A stretch of 64,000 bases of DNA from assembly GCA_039208735.1 (NCBI GenBank), contig JBCCQY010000035.1, positions 1-64,000 on the forward strand, written 5' to 3'. This document shows positions 8,740 through 20,000 of this stretch, in pieces; the stretch's first letter is position 1; each line of letters opens with the position of its first letter. The stretch is from Myxococcota bacterium. Its GTDB lineage: Bacteria; Myxococcota_A; UBA796; GCA-2862545. Both the position numbers and the translations under genes were made by a program. The notes below the pieces were generated by a model, which was given only the letters and a program-made list of their open reading frames with translations, did not search any database and had not been told where the DNA came from.

Positions 8740-11700
8740 TCAGTTGTCGTGCATTTCGACCGCAGAGCCTGCAGAGTCATCGGAGCGATGCACCCAAAGG
8801 TAGCGGGGCACGCGCTCTCGTACCGCGGGGACGTGGCTGATGAGTCCAATGACGCGATTGCTGTCGCGAAGATGCTCGATCGACGACAACACACGATCGA
8901 GCGCTTCAGGGTCGAGCGTCCCAAAGCCCTCGTCGAGGAAAAAGAAGCCCAAAGGACGAGCGGAACGTGCTTGAACCTGGGTCGAGAGCGCCAACGCAAG
9001 CGAAAGTGCGGTCAGAAACGACTCCCCGCCGGACAGTGTGTGAACGGGTCGCACGGCTCCTCCACCGTGGTGGTCGACAATCTCAAACCCCGTGTCGTCA
9101 TCGAGTTTCAAGGCGTAACGACCGTCGGTCAATGCTCCAAGATGGTCGCTCGCCCGCGCCGCCAGCTCGCTTAGGTGGTCGGTCGCAACGTACTCGACGA
9201 ATCGGTCGCCCCGCAAGACGGCGGCCAACGCGCCAAGTTGAGCCGCCTCGGCCTCGGCTTTTGTGAGCTGCTGATCCAAGGTCTGCACCCGAGGAATGCG
9301 CGCCGTCATCGTCTCGACGGCTTGCTGCGCCGCTACCGCCTCTTCGATGGCCTGATCGAGGGTGGACTGATGCGCTTCCGCCGCGGCCACCAGCGCATTG
9401 AAGGTCGCGTCGGAGAGCGCTTCAGGGTCAGGAACCGTGCCGTCATCGAGCGCCGCAAGCTTCGCGGTCAATGCAACCTCGGCATCCCGGTACGCGCGGA
9501 CCCGCACCGCCACAGCCTCGGGATCCGCAAGGTCTCGGCCTGACCCAAACCAATGGTCGACGGCTTGCTGAAGGCTCTCATCGATCGCCGCTGCCGCCTC
9601 GTCCGGCGGTTCGCCAAGGTCGTCGGGCCAGGCCAACGACGTTCGAATGACTACGAACACGTCCGATCGGGCCGTCCGTAGCGCGCGTTGCGCAGCGTCA
9701 AGGCGCCCCTTCGCCGTCGCCAGACGCTGTTCCGCTTCGCGATGCTGACTGGTGGCCGCATCGAGCTGCTGTGCGGCTTGTTGGGCCGCCACGTCAAGCG
9801 CGCTTAGCTGTCCATTCAAACGGGTGCGCGTCGCCGTCAAGTCGTCTGGAGGCTGCTTGAGCCCTTCGCGGCGGGTCTCGAGCAACGTGTGCCGCTCTTC
9901 GAGGCGAAGCTGTAGCGTGCGGGCTTGTTCTCGATCCGCTTGCTTGGCATCGCGCCGCTGCACGGCGGTGAGCCAGGCCAGATCGAGTTCATCGAGGTCC
10001 CGCTGGAGGGCCTCGGCCTCGCGATCGCGGCTCGCAATGGCGATGAGCGCGTTGCGCACATCGAAGATCGTCAGGTCCCCTCGGCTCGCATGGAACGCTT
10101 CCCAGGCCGCGGCTTCGCCTTGACGTGCCGCCTCGAGGCGTTGCTCTGCCGCATCGAGTGCTTCTTGCAGATCGGCCTGACGGAGCGTTGCCGTTTGCAG
10201 GGGGCCGTCGGCCCTGGCCACCGCGAGATCGGCGATCTGGCGGCGGGCCAGGGCGCTGCGATGCGATAAATGCCAGGCTTCATGGATGGCCAACACCGTC
10301 ACGGCGTCATCGGGCGTCCCCAACCCTTCGAGCCGGGTGGACGCGGCGTCGAGCGCTTTGGCCGCCGCGGCCAGCTCTCGCTTCGCTCCTCCGTGCGCCG
10401 CCTCCGCGCTGGCCCGGGTGGCCAATGCCCGCTCATGGGCAGCCTGGGCGGCCCCTGCAGGTCCTTCGGGCACCGTCGCAGGAGCGGGGTGGTCAAGACT
10501 CCCACACACCGGGCAAGCGGTCTCGGGGGCCAGGGTGGCTGCGAGTTGCCCAGGGAGTTCGGCCGCCTCGGCCTGGGCGGCGGACTGGGCTTCATCCGCG
10601 TCGCGCACGGCGACTTCGAGGGTTCGCCGAAGGCGTTCAACGCGCGAGGTGGCTTCGTCGTAGCGATCTTGGGCGCGTTGTCGGGCCATTTCAACGGCGT
10701 CATGTTGAGCCAAGCGACGCCGCACGTCGAGCGGATCGAGGTCAGGAGCGCCCTCTGCCTCGAGACGACCCACCTCTCCATCGGCCTCGTCAAGCGCCTG
10801 AACGGCCGCCTGGGCGAGCGCCTCGGCCGCGGCACTTGCGACCTCCGCCTCCTTGACCCGCTCCCTTAGCGCCAGAACTGCCGCACGGGCGGCACGCTCT
10901 TCGGCACCGGCTCGGTCGAGCTGATCTGCTGCGTCCGCGGCCACTTGAGCGCGCTCTCGCTCCTCGGGCTTCACGCGGCGACGGCGGAGGTGTCGGCGCA
11001 CGACCTTCCGTTTGTCGTCGATCTCGGAGACTTGCGCATCCGCATCCTGCCAAGCGGCCTCGGCGTCGACGATCACGGCTTCCTGCTCGCTACGCTGCGT
11101 GGCCACCTCCGTCAGCTCGCGGTCGATGGTGGCGCGTTCGTCGAGCAGCGACTGCAGTGCGTCGAGTTCTCGCAGGCGTTGCTGCAAAGGAGCACGCTGC
11201 GTTGCATCGTCGCGAAGGGTCGCTTGGTGGCCATCGCGGGCGCGTGTCCACAGGGTCTCGCTCTGCACCGCCTCGGCCGAGGCTGTCGTGTGTTCGGCCT
11301 CCGCCAATTGGTGCTCGCGACGAGCTTCCGTCCAACGTTCCACCGGGACGGTGAGCGGCTCCAGCGCTTTGGCGGACGCGAGCTGGACCTCGAGGGTTCG
11401 GATCGCAGCTTCGTCCCGTTGATGGGCCGCCAATTCGGCTCGGGCTTCGGCGAGCCGCGCGTGCTCTTCACGCAACCGCCGCGTTTGTTCGATGATCTGC
11501 TGCTGGCGGGTACGCTGCGCTTGGGCTTCAAGGCGAACCCGTTGGGCCTCCTTTGCCCGCTCCTTTGCCAACTTGAGCGCCTCATCGCTCGCGTCGCCAA
11601 GCCCCCGCAGCTCACCACGTACCGCGGCGAGCTGCTGATCCGTCTGTTGCTGGCGGGCAGCGATCTGGCGGCGAAGGCGTCCCCCATAGGCGTGCAAACG

Positions 11701-12225
11701 AAAGATCCGTTGCAGCATCTGCCGGCGTTCGCTGCCTTTGAGATGGAGCAGTTCGAGAAACTTGCCCTGCGGCAGCACCACCGCACGCATGAAGTCTTCA
11801 GGACCCAGGCCGATCAACTCAATGACCGCCTCGTTTACATCTCGCTCTTTGTCCGCGATGACCGCAGGTCCTGTCGGGGTGTACTCGACGAGGCGGGACA
11901 ACGTGCGCTGGGCGGTCTTGTCCTTCAGTCGGTAGGCGCGCTGGACTTCGTAGTGTTGCTGCCGTTCACGAGAGTCGATGGTGAATTGCAGCTTCACCTC
12001 GCAACGTTGGCTGCCCAGATGAATCAGGCCTTGTCGGGACCGTGTGACCACCCGATCCACCAGCCCAAACAGGGCCAGCGTCATGGCGTCCAACAGCGTG
12101 GATTTGCCACTGCCAATGGGCCCAAAGATGCCAAACAGCCCGTGTCGGCCAAGTTCTTCGAAGTCGACGGTGACCGGGTCGCGGTAAGAGTGCAGCCCCG
12201 CGACCACAAGTTTGGTCGGACGCAC
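8740..12225 (-). CDS. sbcC: SbcC (Rad50-like) SMC ATPase
   Basis: Walker A GPIGSGKS, LPQGKF, long coiled coil, zinc hook CPVCGS, LSGGE signature and FFFLDEGFG Walker B. Confidence 0.95.
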   Translation of the reverse strand: MRPTKLVVAGLHSYRDPVTVDFEELGRHGLFGIFGPIGSGKSTLLDAMTLALFGLVDRVVTRSRQGLIHLGSQRCEVKLQFTIDSRERQQHYEVQRAYRLKDKTAQRTLSRLVEYTPTGPAVIADKERDVNEAVIELIGLGPEDFMRAVVLPQGKFLELLHLKGSERRQMLQRIFRLHAYGGRLRRQIAARQQQTDQQLAAVRGELRGLGDASDEALKLAKERAKEAQRVRLEAQAQRTRQQQIIEQTRRLREEHARLAEARAELAAHQRDEAAIRTLEVQLASAKALEPLTVPVERWTEARREHQLAEAEHTTASAEAVQSETLWTRARDGHQATLRDDATQRAPLQQRLRELDALQSLLDERATIDRELTEVATQRSEQEAVIVDAEAAWQDADAQVSEIDDKRKVVRRHLRRRRVKPEERERAQVAADAADQLDRAGAEERAARAAVLALRERVKEAEVASAAAEALAQAAVQALDEADGEVGRLEAEGAPDLDPLDVRRRLAQHDAVEMARQRAQDRYDEATSRVERLRRTLEVAVRDADEAQSAAQAEAAELPGQLAATLAPETACPVCGSLDHPAPATVPEGPAGAAQAAHERALATRASAEAAHGGAKRELAAAAKALDAASTRLEGLGTPDDAVTVLAIHEAWHLSHRSALARRQIADLAVARADGPLQTATLRQADLQEALDAAEQRLEAARQGEAAAWEAFHASRGDLTIFDVRNALIAIASRDREAEALQRDLDELDLAWLTAVQRRDAKQADREQARTLQLRLEERHTLLETRREGLKQPPDDLTATRTRLNGQLSALDVAAQQAAQQLDAATSQHREAEQRLATAKGRLDAAQRALRTARSDVFVVIRTSLAWPDDLGEPPDEAAAAIDESLQQAVDHWFGSGRDLADPEAVAVRVRAYRDAEVALTAKLAALDDGTVPDPEALSDATFNALVAAAEAHQSTLDQAIEEAVAAQQAVETMTARIPRVQTLDQQLTKAEAEAAQLGALAAVLRGDRFVEYVATDHLSELAARASDHLGALTDGRYALKLDDDTGFEIVDHHGGGAVRPVHTLSGGESFLTALSLALALSTQVQARSARPLGFFFLDEGFGTLDPEALDRVLSSIEHLRDSNRVIGLISHVPAVRERVPRYLWVHRSDDSAGSAVEMHDN

Positions 12226-12230
12226 GTGAG

Positions 12231-13484
12231 CTACCCCGCTCGCTTCTTGGCGGGACTCGGGCGTTCCTCGGCCTCTGGGCCATCGGCCAGCTCGAGGAAG
12301 AGTTCAACGAGGCCCTGATCGGGTTCCGCACCCGTCTGTTGGCGATAAAACTCGCGAAACAGCACGTCGACCGGCAGATCGCGACGTTCGATGGGATCGG
12401 CACTCTCGGTCGCCGTCGCCTGTGGAAGTCTAGGCGTAATCCTCACAAAATCGCGAGGAAGCCGCTTGAGCGACGCGAGTTGGGCGTGGGTGAGGTGTCG
12501 CGACACGTCGACGATAAGGTCGATGAACGCGTTCTCGTACCGGCCGTTTTGCACGCTTCGCTGCACTTCGGAGAGCGAGGCCGCCTCCCACAACACGAGG
12601 GGACGCCCCGCCGAAACGGGGAGGAGTTCAACCGACGCCGGCTGACCAGGATGCGCCTCAACAATCGTATGCACTCGCGGATCATCTCTCTCGGAGAACC
12701 GCATGGCAAGGGGCGCCCCGGCGTAGCGCGCCAGCCCCGGCGCATCTTCGACAAGCTGAGGGAAATGGAGGTGACCAAGGGCGGTGTAGTGCGCCTTACG
12801 CGGAAGGTCACCCGCATCGATTTGGTAGGCGCCCCCGACCAATACACGCTCCGATGGTCGAGGCATGCAGCTCCGAACCGCGAGGTGGGCGGTGGCCAGG
12901 TTGACCGCACCCGGGTCAAAGTCCTGCTCGAGCTTTGCAAAGGCTTGGCCCACCCACCGGCTGTAGGCCCGTTGGCGGTCGTGGTCGCCGGTGGGCGCCG
13001 CAAGAAGGCGGCGAAGGCGGGCCTCGGAAGGGTAAGGCAAGGCGGCAATGTTGGCGCGGCGGCCATCGGGCCAGCGCAGTGCAATGGCCGAGGGTCCCAA
13101 AGGATCCATGGCGACGCGCGCCGCATCTTTGGCAGGCACCGCAAGGGGTTCGAGTTCATCACCTGGGCGACCGAACACCCACACCCCGTGCCGGGCCGAG
13201 AGGGGCTGAGCCGCCGCCAGCCGGTCGGGCGAATCATGATTGCCCGCGATGACCACAACCGCCCGGCGGCCACCATCGCCAAGTCGCGCCAGGGTGTCGA
13301 AGAAGAGCTCCTCTGCCTCGATAGGGGGATTTGCGGTCTCGAAGACATCACCCGAGAGGATCACCAGATCCACGTCGGCGCACAGCTCGACGACTTCCTG
13401 AAGGAAGGCTTCGTGCTCGTCGGCGCGGGAGTACCCATGGAGGGTCCGACCGAGGTGCCAGTCGCTGGTGTGAAGAATTCGCAT
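12231..13484 (-). CDS. sbcD: SbcD (Mre11-like) nuclease subunit
   Basis: HTSDWHLG, SGDVF, AGNHDS and ALGHLH metallophosphoesterase motifs; directly upstream of sbcC. Confidence 0.95.
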   Translation of the reverse strand: MRILHTSDWHLGRTLHGYSRADEHEAFLQEVVELCADVDLVILSGDVFETANPPIEAEELFFDTLARLGDGGRRAVVVIAGNHDSPDRLAAAQPLSARHGVWVFGRPGDELEPLAVPAKDAARVAMDPLGPSAIALRWPDGRRANIAALPYPSEARLRRLLAAPTGDHDRQRAYSRWVGQAFAKLEQDFDPGAVNLATAHLAVRSCMPRPSERVLVGGAYQIDAGDLPRKAHYTALGHLHFPQLVEDAPGLARYAGAPLAMRFSERDDPRVHTIVEAHPGQPASVELLPVSAGRPLVLWEAASLSEVQRSVQNGRYENAFIDLIVDVSRHLTHAQLASLKRLPRDFVRITPRLPQATATESADPIERRDLPVDVLFREFYRQQTGAEPDQGLVELFLELADGPEAEERPSPAKKRAG

Positions 13485-13546
13485 GAGGAGGGGAGCAGGG
13501 AGCTCGTATAGAATCTAGGCAGGAGGGAGACCGAAAACTGTCCGGT

Positions 13547-16500
13547 CTAGGTCGAGGGGGCCCATTGAAGCGAGGTGCCACTGCGCACGAACCACAGGGC
13601 CACCGCCCGAACGGGCCGGCCCATGCGCTCGAACGCTTCCGCGTAGGCGTCAAGTTGGGGAGCGTAGGTCTTGAGGCCACCGGCATCGATGACGTCGGTG
13701 TAATCCGTGGGTGAGCGAGAACCGGCTTTGAAGTCGACGATCGTAAGCCCCGAGTCGGGATGCTCGACGACGAGGTCAGCGCGGCCGGTGAGGAGGACAT
13801 CGTGCCCAAGTTGAGTTCCGACACCAACTAAGGGCAACTCGAAGTAAAGCGTGACGCGTCGGTCGGTGACCAGGTCCCACATGGGGCCCTTCACGGACCG
13901 AAGCCGTTCGCAAATGGCGAGCACCCAATCTCGCGCCATGGCATCGGGTCGGCCCCACGCTTCGCCCAGGTAGCGAGACACCGCAGAGGGGTCGACGTTG
14001 CCGCGAAACCCCCATCGCGCGAGCCAGCCGTGGGCAATCTCGCCCCAATCGCTGGGCCGAACGCCGGCCAAGGGATGCCCGGGCACGGGACGCCCGGTGC
14101 GGGGGTCCTGTCCCGGCGGCGCGATGTCTCCTCGACCGGTGTGCAGCCCCTTCGCGGCGCGAATGCGCTTGACCGTCTCTCGGGCGTGGTCGAACCGTTC
14201 ACGTGCCGAAAGATGTGCTCCAATCGAGGAGGGCGAACGTTCGAGCCACCCAGGCGCAATCAGCGGAGGGACCCAAAGCGCTTCGACGTCCGGATCGACC
14301 GCGGCCCAGCCCGTGGGCATCTCTTCGTTGGCATGCAGCGGGCCCACACTGATCTTGGAGACCCCTTCTCCGCGAAACGAAGGGGCGAGCCAGGCGTCGC
14401 GAATCAGCGTGGATACGTCCACATCGCGTGGTTTGCCTTTGGTGGGAAGCCCAAGCGTCACCGAACGACGGGCCCGCGTCAGGGCCACATAGGCAAGCCG
14501 TGCGCTCTCTTCGCCTTGGCGATGTTGATGGAGCCGGCGGGCCAGTCGACCGAGCGGATCGAGGAACGGCGTAATGCCCCCGTAGGGATCGAAGTGAACG
14601 CCTTCGAGGCGGACCCTCCGACCGTTCAGGCTCATCCACGCCGGCTGATGGCCCCGGACCGCCCCCGCGACCCGCCCCAACCCCAAGCAACACACGTGGT
14701 CCCAGGCGAGGCCCTTCGATTGAAACGTCGTGGTGCACAGGATGTGCTGGCCCGACCGACTCAAATGCACATGGGGCAACTCGGCCTTCGGATCTTGCAG
14801 CCGCTCGATGATCCACTCGGGCGGCACGCCTTCTTGGTCCTGACGGCGCACCCAATCGAGCAGCACCTCCAGCTGGGCGATGTCGTCCGCGCCACCTGGG
14901 CCTGCGGCAAGGACCGTTCGCCAATGCAACTCGGTGATGAGGCCATCGAGCAACTCTGCCGTGCCTCGCCGCCCAAGCGTGTCACGGGCATGACGGAGCG
15001 GATTGCGGACCCTGGCGAAGACCCCTCGATCCACCGTGTCATGTGGCGGCCCAAGCGCATCCGCGTCGATCACCCACCCGAGCACCCGACAGCGATCCGG
15101 CGCCGGCTCCGGCCCCTCTGGCCCATAGGAGACGAGTCCCTCTCCCGAGCGAATCCGTGCCAAGGCACCGTCGGTGAGCGCCACCGCCGGGTGCTTCAGA
15201 ACCCCCAACCATGCAACGTCATCGGTCGGATCTCGAAGTGCGCGCAGCAGCATCGCCACGTCGGTGCCCACCCGAGAAGCGGTCCACCCGCTCCCTCCAT
15301 CCACAAACGCAATGTCGTCCCGTCCGGCCCACCGCCGGAGCTGCCGACAGGCGGCTTGGGCTTCTCGCCATGTTGCGGTGAGCACCACCGCGGTCTCGTC
15401 GTGGGCGCCCGCTTCGCGCTCCCAAGCCGCACGAACGCGTGCGAGGAAGGTGAACAGGGCCCGACGATCCGCCTCTGCGGCGTTGATCTCTTTGCCGTGG
15501 ATGAGCCAAACCGGGTCGGGTGGCTTGTGAACATCGGGATCGAGATGGAGTTTGGCGTTTCCTTCGTGGAACTTCAGGTTCTCGAGTGAGGGGGGAGGAT
15601 TCCAACGTCGGATGCGCATGGGCTCGTCGATCGCGGCAAACAGGTCGCGTTGGGCCTGAACGAGCTGGGGCGCACTGCGAAAGTTCGTGCCCAGTTCGAT
15701 GGGCTTTCGGCCGCTCTTCAAGCTTTCTCGCTCAAACTCGAGCAGGCCTTGGGGCTCGGCGTTCCGGAACAGGTAAATCGACTGGCGTACGTCGCCCACA
15801 AAGTAGGAAGCAATCGGATGATCGCCAGGAAGCGACGCCAAAGCTCGATACAGACGTAACTGCCCGGGGTTGGCGTCTTGCACTTCGTCCACGAGCAGGG
15901 CCCGAAACCGATTGCAGAGCCGGGGAGGAGGGTTCTTGCAGAGCGCCACGGCCGATTCGAGCAGCTCGTCGTGACCCAATTCACCGCTTCGCGCTGCGTG
16001 TTTGAGCCCCTCTGCAATGACCTCCTGGCGAAGGGTATGCAGCGTGTCGCGAATGCGATCGGCAAGTTGGACATGCCCCTCTGCATCGAAAGGGTACTGC
16101 AAGGCCAAGACGATGTCCCAGAGTGACAGTCTCCCCATCCCCAAGTCGCGCTCTGTGGTCTGCAAGTCGCGCTGGAGGTTCTTTCGAGCCTGGCTTTGGA
16201 GGTTCAGCCCCACCAGCCAACCGACAAGCTCGAACGGCACTTCGTCGAGCGGAGCGCTCGAGGCCAACCACTCCGCCACTTTGGGGACCGCCCACTTCCC
16301 TGCAATGTTGGTGCGCGGGTTGAGCGCCTCAACCCAGTCGTCGACCCGGGTGGGGTCGGGGGGCCCAAACATCGCCACCAGGTCGTGACGAAGACAGATG
16401 CGCGCGATGTCCTCGGCTAGATCAAGCAAGATCTCCGTCGCGGGAGCGGGCCGTAGATCATCGTAGGGGCTTCGTCGCGTAATGGCAGCGCGGATCTCGT

Positions 16501-17032
16501 CGAGCGAAAGGTGTTCGAGGAGCTGCTCGACGCGCGGGTCGATGCCGCCGTCAGGCGGGTCTAAAACCCGGCGAGCCGAACGGTCCAACGCGCGAACCAG
16601 CCCTTCACTAGGGGCAATCGGCACATCTAGGAGCACCGGCTCGTCGTTGGGAACGGGGAGGGCCACGTCCAACGCGAACTCGGTGAGCAAGCGCTGAATG
16701 AACCCATCGGTCGTGCCGATCGGCGCATCCGGAATCTGCTCCAGTGCGGTGGCCAACACTTCCGGGTCGCGGGGCGCCGCGGACTCGTACAGCGACCAGG
16801 AACCCCCGAGTCGCGCCCGAGCCTTTTCGGCCGCGGGACCTTGACCGGCCGCGCGCAGGGCCAACGAAACCCGTTCCTGAAGCTCCGCCGCAGCGCGACG
16901 CGTGAAGGTAATGGCAATGGTTTCCTGGACGCCAAACCCAGCCTTGAGGTAGCCCAGGTACCGCCTGGCAAGGTCGGTGGTCTTGCCGCACCCCGCGGCC
17001 GCCCGTACCACGGTGACGTCGAGATCAGCCAC
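13547..17032 (-). CDS. addA: AddA-like UvrD-type helicase with C-terminal PD-(D/E)XK nuclease (copy 1)
   Basis: AAAGCGKTT, AITFTRRAAAEL, LVDEVQD, VGDVRQSIYLFR, NFRS, SKGL and YVALTRAR helicase motifs; nuclease GRAD...VDFKAG...QLDAYA. GTG start at 17032 overlaps the upstream stop. Confidence 0.85.
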   Translation of the reverse strand: MADLDVTVVRAAAGCGKTTDLARRYLGYLKAGFGVQETIAITFTRRAAAELQERVSLALRAAGQGPAAEKARARLGGSWSLYESAAPRDPEVLATALEQIPDAPIGTTDGFIQRLLTEFALDVALPVPNDEPVLLDVPIAPSEGLVRALDRSARRVLDPPDGGIDPRVEQLLEHLSLDEIRAAITRRSPYDDLRPAPATEILLDLAEDIARICLRHDLVAMFGPPDPTRVDDWVEALNPRTNIAGKWAVPKVAEWLASSAPLDEVPFELVGWLVGLNLQSQARKNLQRDLQTTERDLGMGRLSLWDIVLALQYPFDAEGHVQLADRIRDTLHTLRQEVIAEGLKHAARSGELGHDELLESAVALCKNPPPRLCNRFRALLVDEVQDANPGQLRLYRALASLPGDHPIASYFVGDVRQSIYLFRNAEPQGLLEFERESLKSGRKPIELGTNFRSAPQLVQAQRDLFAAIDEPMRIRRWNPPPSLENLKFHEGNAKLHLDPDVHKPPDPVWLIHGKEINAAEADRRALFTFLARVRAAWEREAGAHDETAVVLTATWREAQAACRQLRRWAGRDDIAFVDGGSGWTASRVGTDVAMLLRALRDPTDDVAWLGVLKHPAVALTDGALARIRSGEGLVSYGPEGPEPAPDRCRVLGWVIDADALGPPHDTVDRGVFARVRNPLRHARDTLGRRGTAELLDGLITELHWRTVLAAGPGGADDIAQLEVLLDWVRRQDQEGVPPEWIIERLQDPKAELPHVHLSRSGQHILCTTTFQSKGLAWDHVCCLGLGRVAGAVRGHQPAWMSLNGRRVRLEGVHFDPYGGITPFLDPLGRLARRLHQHRQGEESARLAYVALTRARRSVTLGLPTKGKPRDVDVSTLIRDAWLAPSFRGEGVSKISVGPLHANEEMPTGWAAVDPDVEALWVPPLIAPGWLERSPSSIGAHLSARERFDHARETVKRIRAAKGLHTGRGDIAPPGQDPRTGRPVPGHPLAGVRPSDWGEIAHGWLARWGFRGNVDPSAVSRYLGEAWGRPDAMARDWVLAICERLRSVKGPMWDLVTDRRVTLYFELPLVGVGTQLGHDVLLTGRADLVVEHPDSGLTIVDFKAGSRSPTDYTDVIDAGGLKTYAPQLDAYAEAFERMGRPVRAVALWFVRSGTSLQWAPST

Positions 17033-20000
17033 GCTTTTCCTCCCCGTTCGTGGGCGGAAGTCCGCGCAACCGGCACGCCCCTGCGTAGGGGCAGTGGTTG
17101 TGCCCAAAGGAGGAGAGCGAAGGGCACGTCTCGGAACGGGGGCGCAACGACCATCGCCCGCTTCGACCTCGATCCACGAGGTGTCCGATCGTCTCACGGG
17201 CCCGGTCGAGCACCGCGGTGTCGACCAACAAGTCGGTGTCCGGAACTTCGAGACGCCAGCGCCGCTCGGGTTCCTGGAACGTGTTCCGGACGTGGTCCCA
17301 GGACACCGCGGCGATGCGTGCGCCGCGGAATGGAGCGGGCACATCGGGTCGCTCGCGGATCTGTTGCAGCACCAACGCATAGACCAAGAGCTGCGGATCC
17401 GAAAGCTGATGCAGTACCTGACGGAATTTCCAACCCGGAGGGGGCCGGCCCGTCTTGTAGTCGGTGATCTCGAGAAGCGTGCCGTGAGGGGTGTCCATGA
17501 CCATGATGCGGTCGATACGGCCCCGAACGGGCATCGTCTCGCGGCCCAACGGCAGGTGGACCGGGCCCAGTGACATCTCACCGATAGGCTTGCCATCTGC
17601 GTCCATCACGATGGCCGGCTCCGCCGTGTCGAGACCGAACGGCACCTCGGCCGCCACTGCGACGACCGGAGAATTGCGCGCGGTCTGACGCCAGTGAAGG
17701 TTGCGATGCACCGTGCGCAAGGCCTCAACATCGGGGTGTTCAACGATGTCTTGGATGTCGACGAGCATGCTGTGGGGCAATTGCCGGTGAGACCCAGCAG
17801 ATCGCTGCAAGTCAGGTGACAGGTGAAGGAAGGCCTGTGCAGGAGAGGCGAGGACTTCGAGCAACCACCGTACGAGCATCCAGTCCGTGACTTGCTCGGC
17901 CGCAGGAGCGATGCGCCGAATCGTACGCACGGCCTTCCGAAACGCAGGGTGTTCCCGAACCTGGCCTACAAACTCGTTGCGCTGCTTGTCACGCGCTACG
18001 TTCGGCGGCTTTCCAAGCCGAGACGCTGCAAACGACGGCCAATGGCGATTCCAACGGTCAAGTCGACCTCGCGCCGAGGCATCGCGAGCCTCGGAAAGGG
18101 CGCCAAACCGTTCGACGGCTTGATCGAACGCATCTTGGGTCTCGTGGGAAAGCGACCGCACCAAATGGGCCATCGCGTCGTCGCGCTCCTCGTCGCTTGC
18201 TCGCCACTGGACCCCACGGCTCGCCCGCTGCAAGGCATCGTGGACCGCCTGACCGACCTCTTTAGGATCGAGGTCTTCGGTGACCGCGGCAAGCGGCTTG
18301 AGGTCCAGCACGTGGCTGGCAAAGGCACGGTAGAGGCAATGCGCCGTGTCGGTCAGGAGCCCCGTCGCAGAGTGAGGACCTGGCGGGCACCATGCGGCCG
18401 GCACTTCGGAAGCATGCCCGAGGTAGGGCAGCGCCCAGCTCGGAGCTTCCGGTTCGGCGACGAGCCAATCTTCGAGGGTGGCCACCCGGCGAGCCGGGCT
18501 CGGCGGAAGCGACGTCAGATCCCGGGGCCCCCGACCATCGCGGTACCACTCTACGGTCGCTTGAACGGCGAGGTGAGAGAGGATGGGGTCGGGATGCTCG
18601 GGCTTGACCGGCCGCCCCAGCCCCCGAACGAGGCCGCCCATGGCCCGCGACTCGGGCAGCCCTTCGAGCAGGGTGCCGTAGCTGGGCACCTCGGGTGGGT
18701 CGATCATAGGAATTCGTTCAAGCCGGATCGGCGCCACGACCTCGCGACCATCCGCATCGCGCTCACTGACAATCGCCAACACGGTCTCGGCTTGCGCCGC
18801 CGCCCGTCGGGCTTGGGCCAGTTGGTGAGCGACCCAACCCGATCCCGTCAGTGCACCCATCGCCTCGAGGTCGCGGTCTTCGAGCAAGGGATCGGGCGTA
18901 GGCCGACGGGCAATCCCCTTGTCGTGCACGTCGAGTAGCAACACCTGACGCGCCGGCCGCCCATCCCAATCGGGGTAGGTCATGACGTCGACCCCTTGCG
19001 GCAAGACGCCCGGATCGACAGAGCCGCGCAACGCGTGGGCCACATGCACGGGCGACGCATCCCAATCCGCCCGGCGACCAAGAGCCGCAAGAATCGCACG
19101 AGCTACCGGATCTTCGGCGATATCGACCCGGCACGCGACGAGGAATGCCCGGATGGCGCCCAGGGTTTGGCCACGCGCGATCTGCAGGGATTCGTCGCCC
19201 AGCAACTCTGCGACAATGGCGTCGAAGTCATCTTCGTCGAAGTCGAGCGGCTCGTCGCTGAACGCCTCATCGAGCGGCTCGCCGGCGAGCGTCGCTTGTA
19301 GGATCTGCAGTCGTACCTCGACGGCCGCCGCACGGGCCGCACGTCGCCGGTCGGAGGGCCCGTCGCTCCGCGGGACCTGCAGTTCCGCCATGCGCGAGAT
19401 CCAGCGCGAAAGCGGGGCTTCTAGCAGGCGAGCATCTTCGAGAACCTGCACCACACCGCGTCGTGAGAGCTGCGCCTCGGGCCGAACGAAACCGCCGTGG
19501 TCGAGGCGACGGTCGAGCAGGGCTTCGGCCGCGGGATGCAACGCCGTGTTCAATGCCAGCTGGCCAAAGACGGCCGCCAGATCACCCACCTGCACCCACG
19601 GATCGATGGTCTGAAACCAAGGTGCACATCGGGCCACCACCGACGCCAGTTCGTGGGTGCGCAGTTCGAGCCGGTCGCGCCATGCGCACCCCAGTCCGGA
19701 CCGCCGCAATGCATCTCGGACCCGGCGCGCGGTGCCTTCCGATGACACCAAAATCAGGGTGCCCTCCGGATCTTGGTGGGCATAGGTGACGGCGACGCGG
19801 GCTTCGGCGGCCACATCTGGCACCGTGAGGCTGCGCAGCATCATCTCGGGCGCGGTGACCTTTTCAGGCCGTTCGGCTCCCACCGCATCGAGCAACGCAC
19901 GTTCCCAAGGCTCGATGACCGTTGGGGGCACGCCGTAGCCCAACGCCACCACGCGGTCCCACGCCATCTCGCCAAGCTGAACGCCGTGATCGGAGCGCGA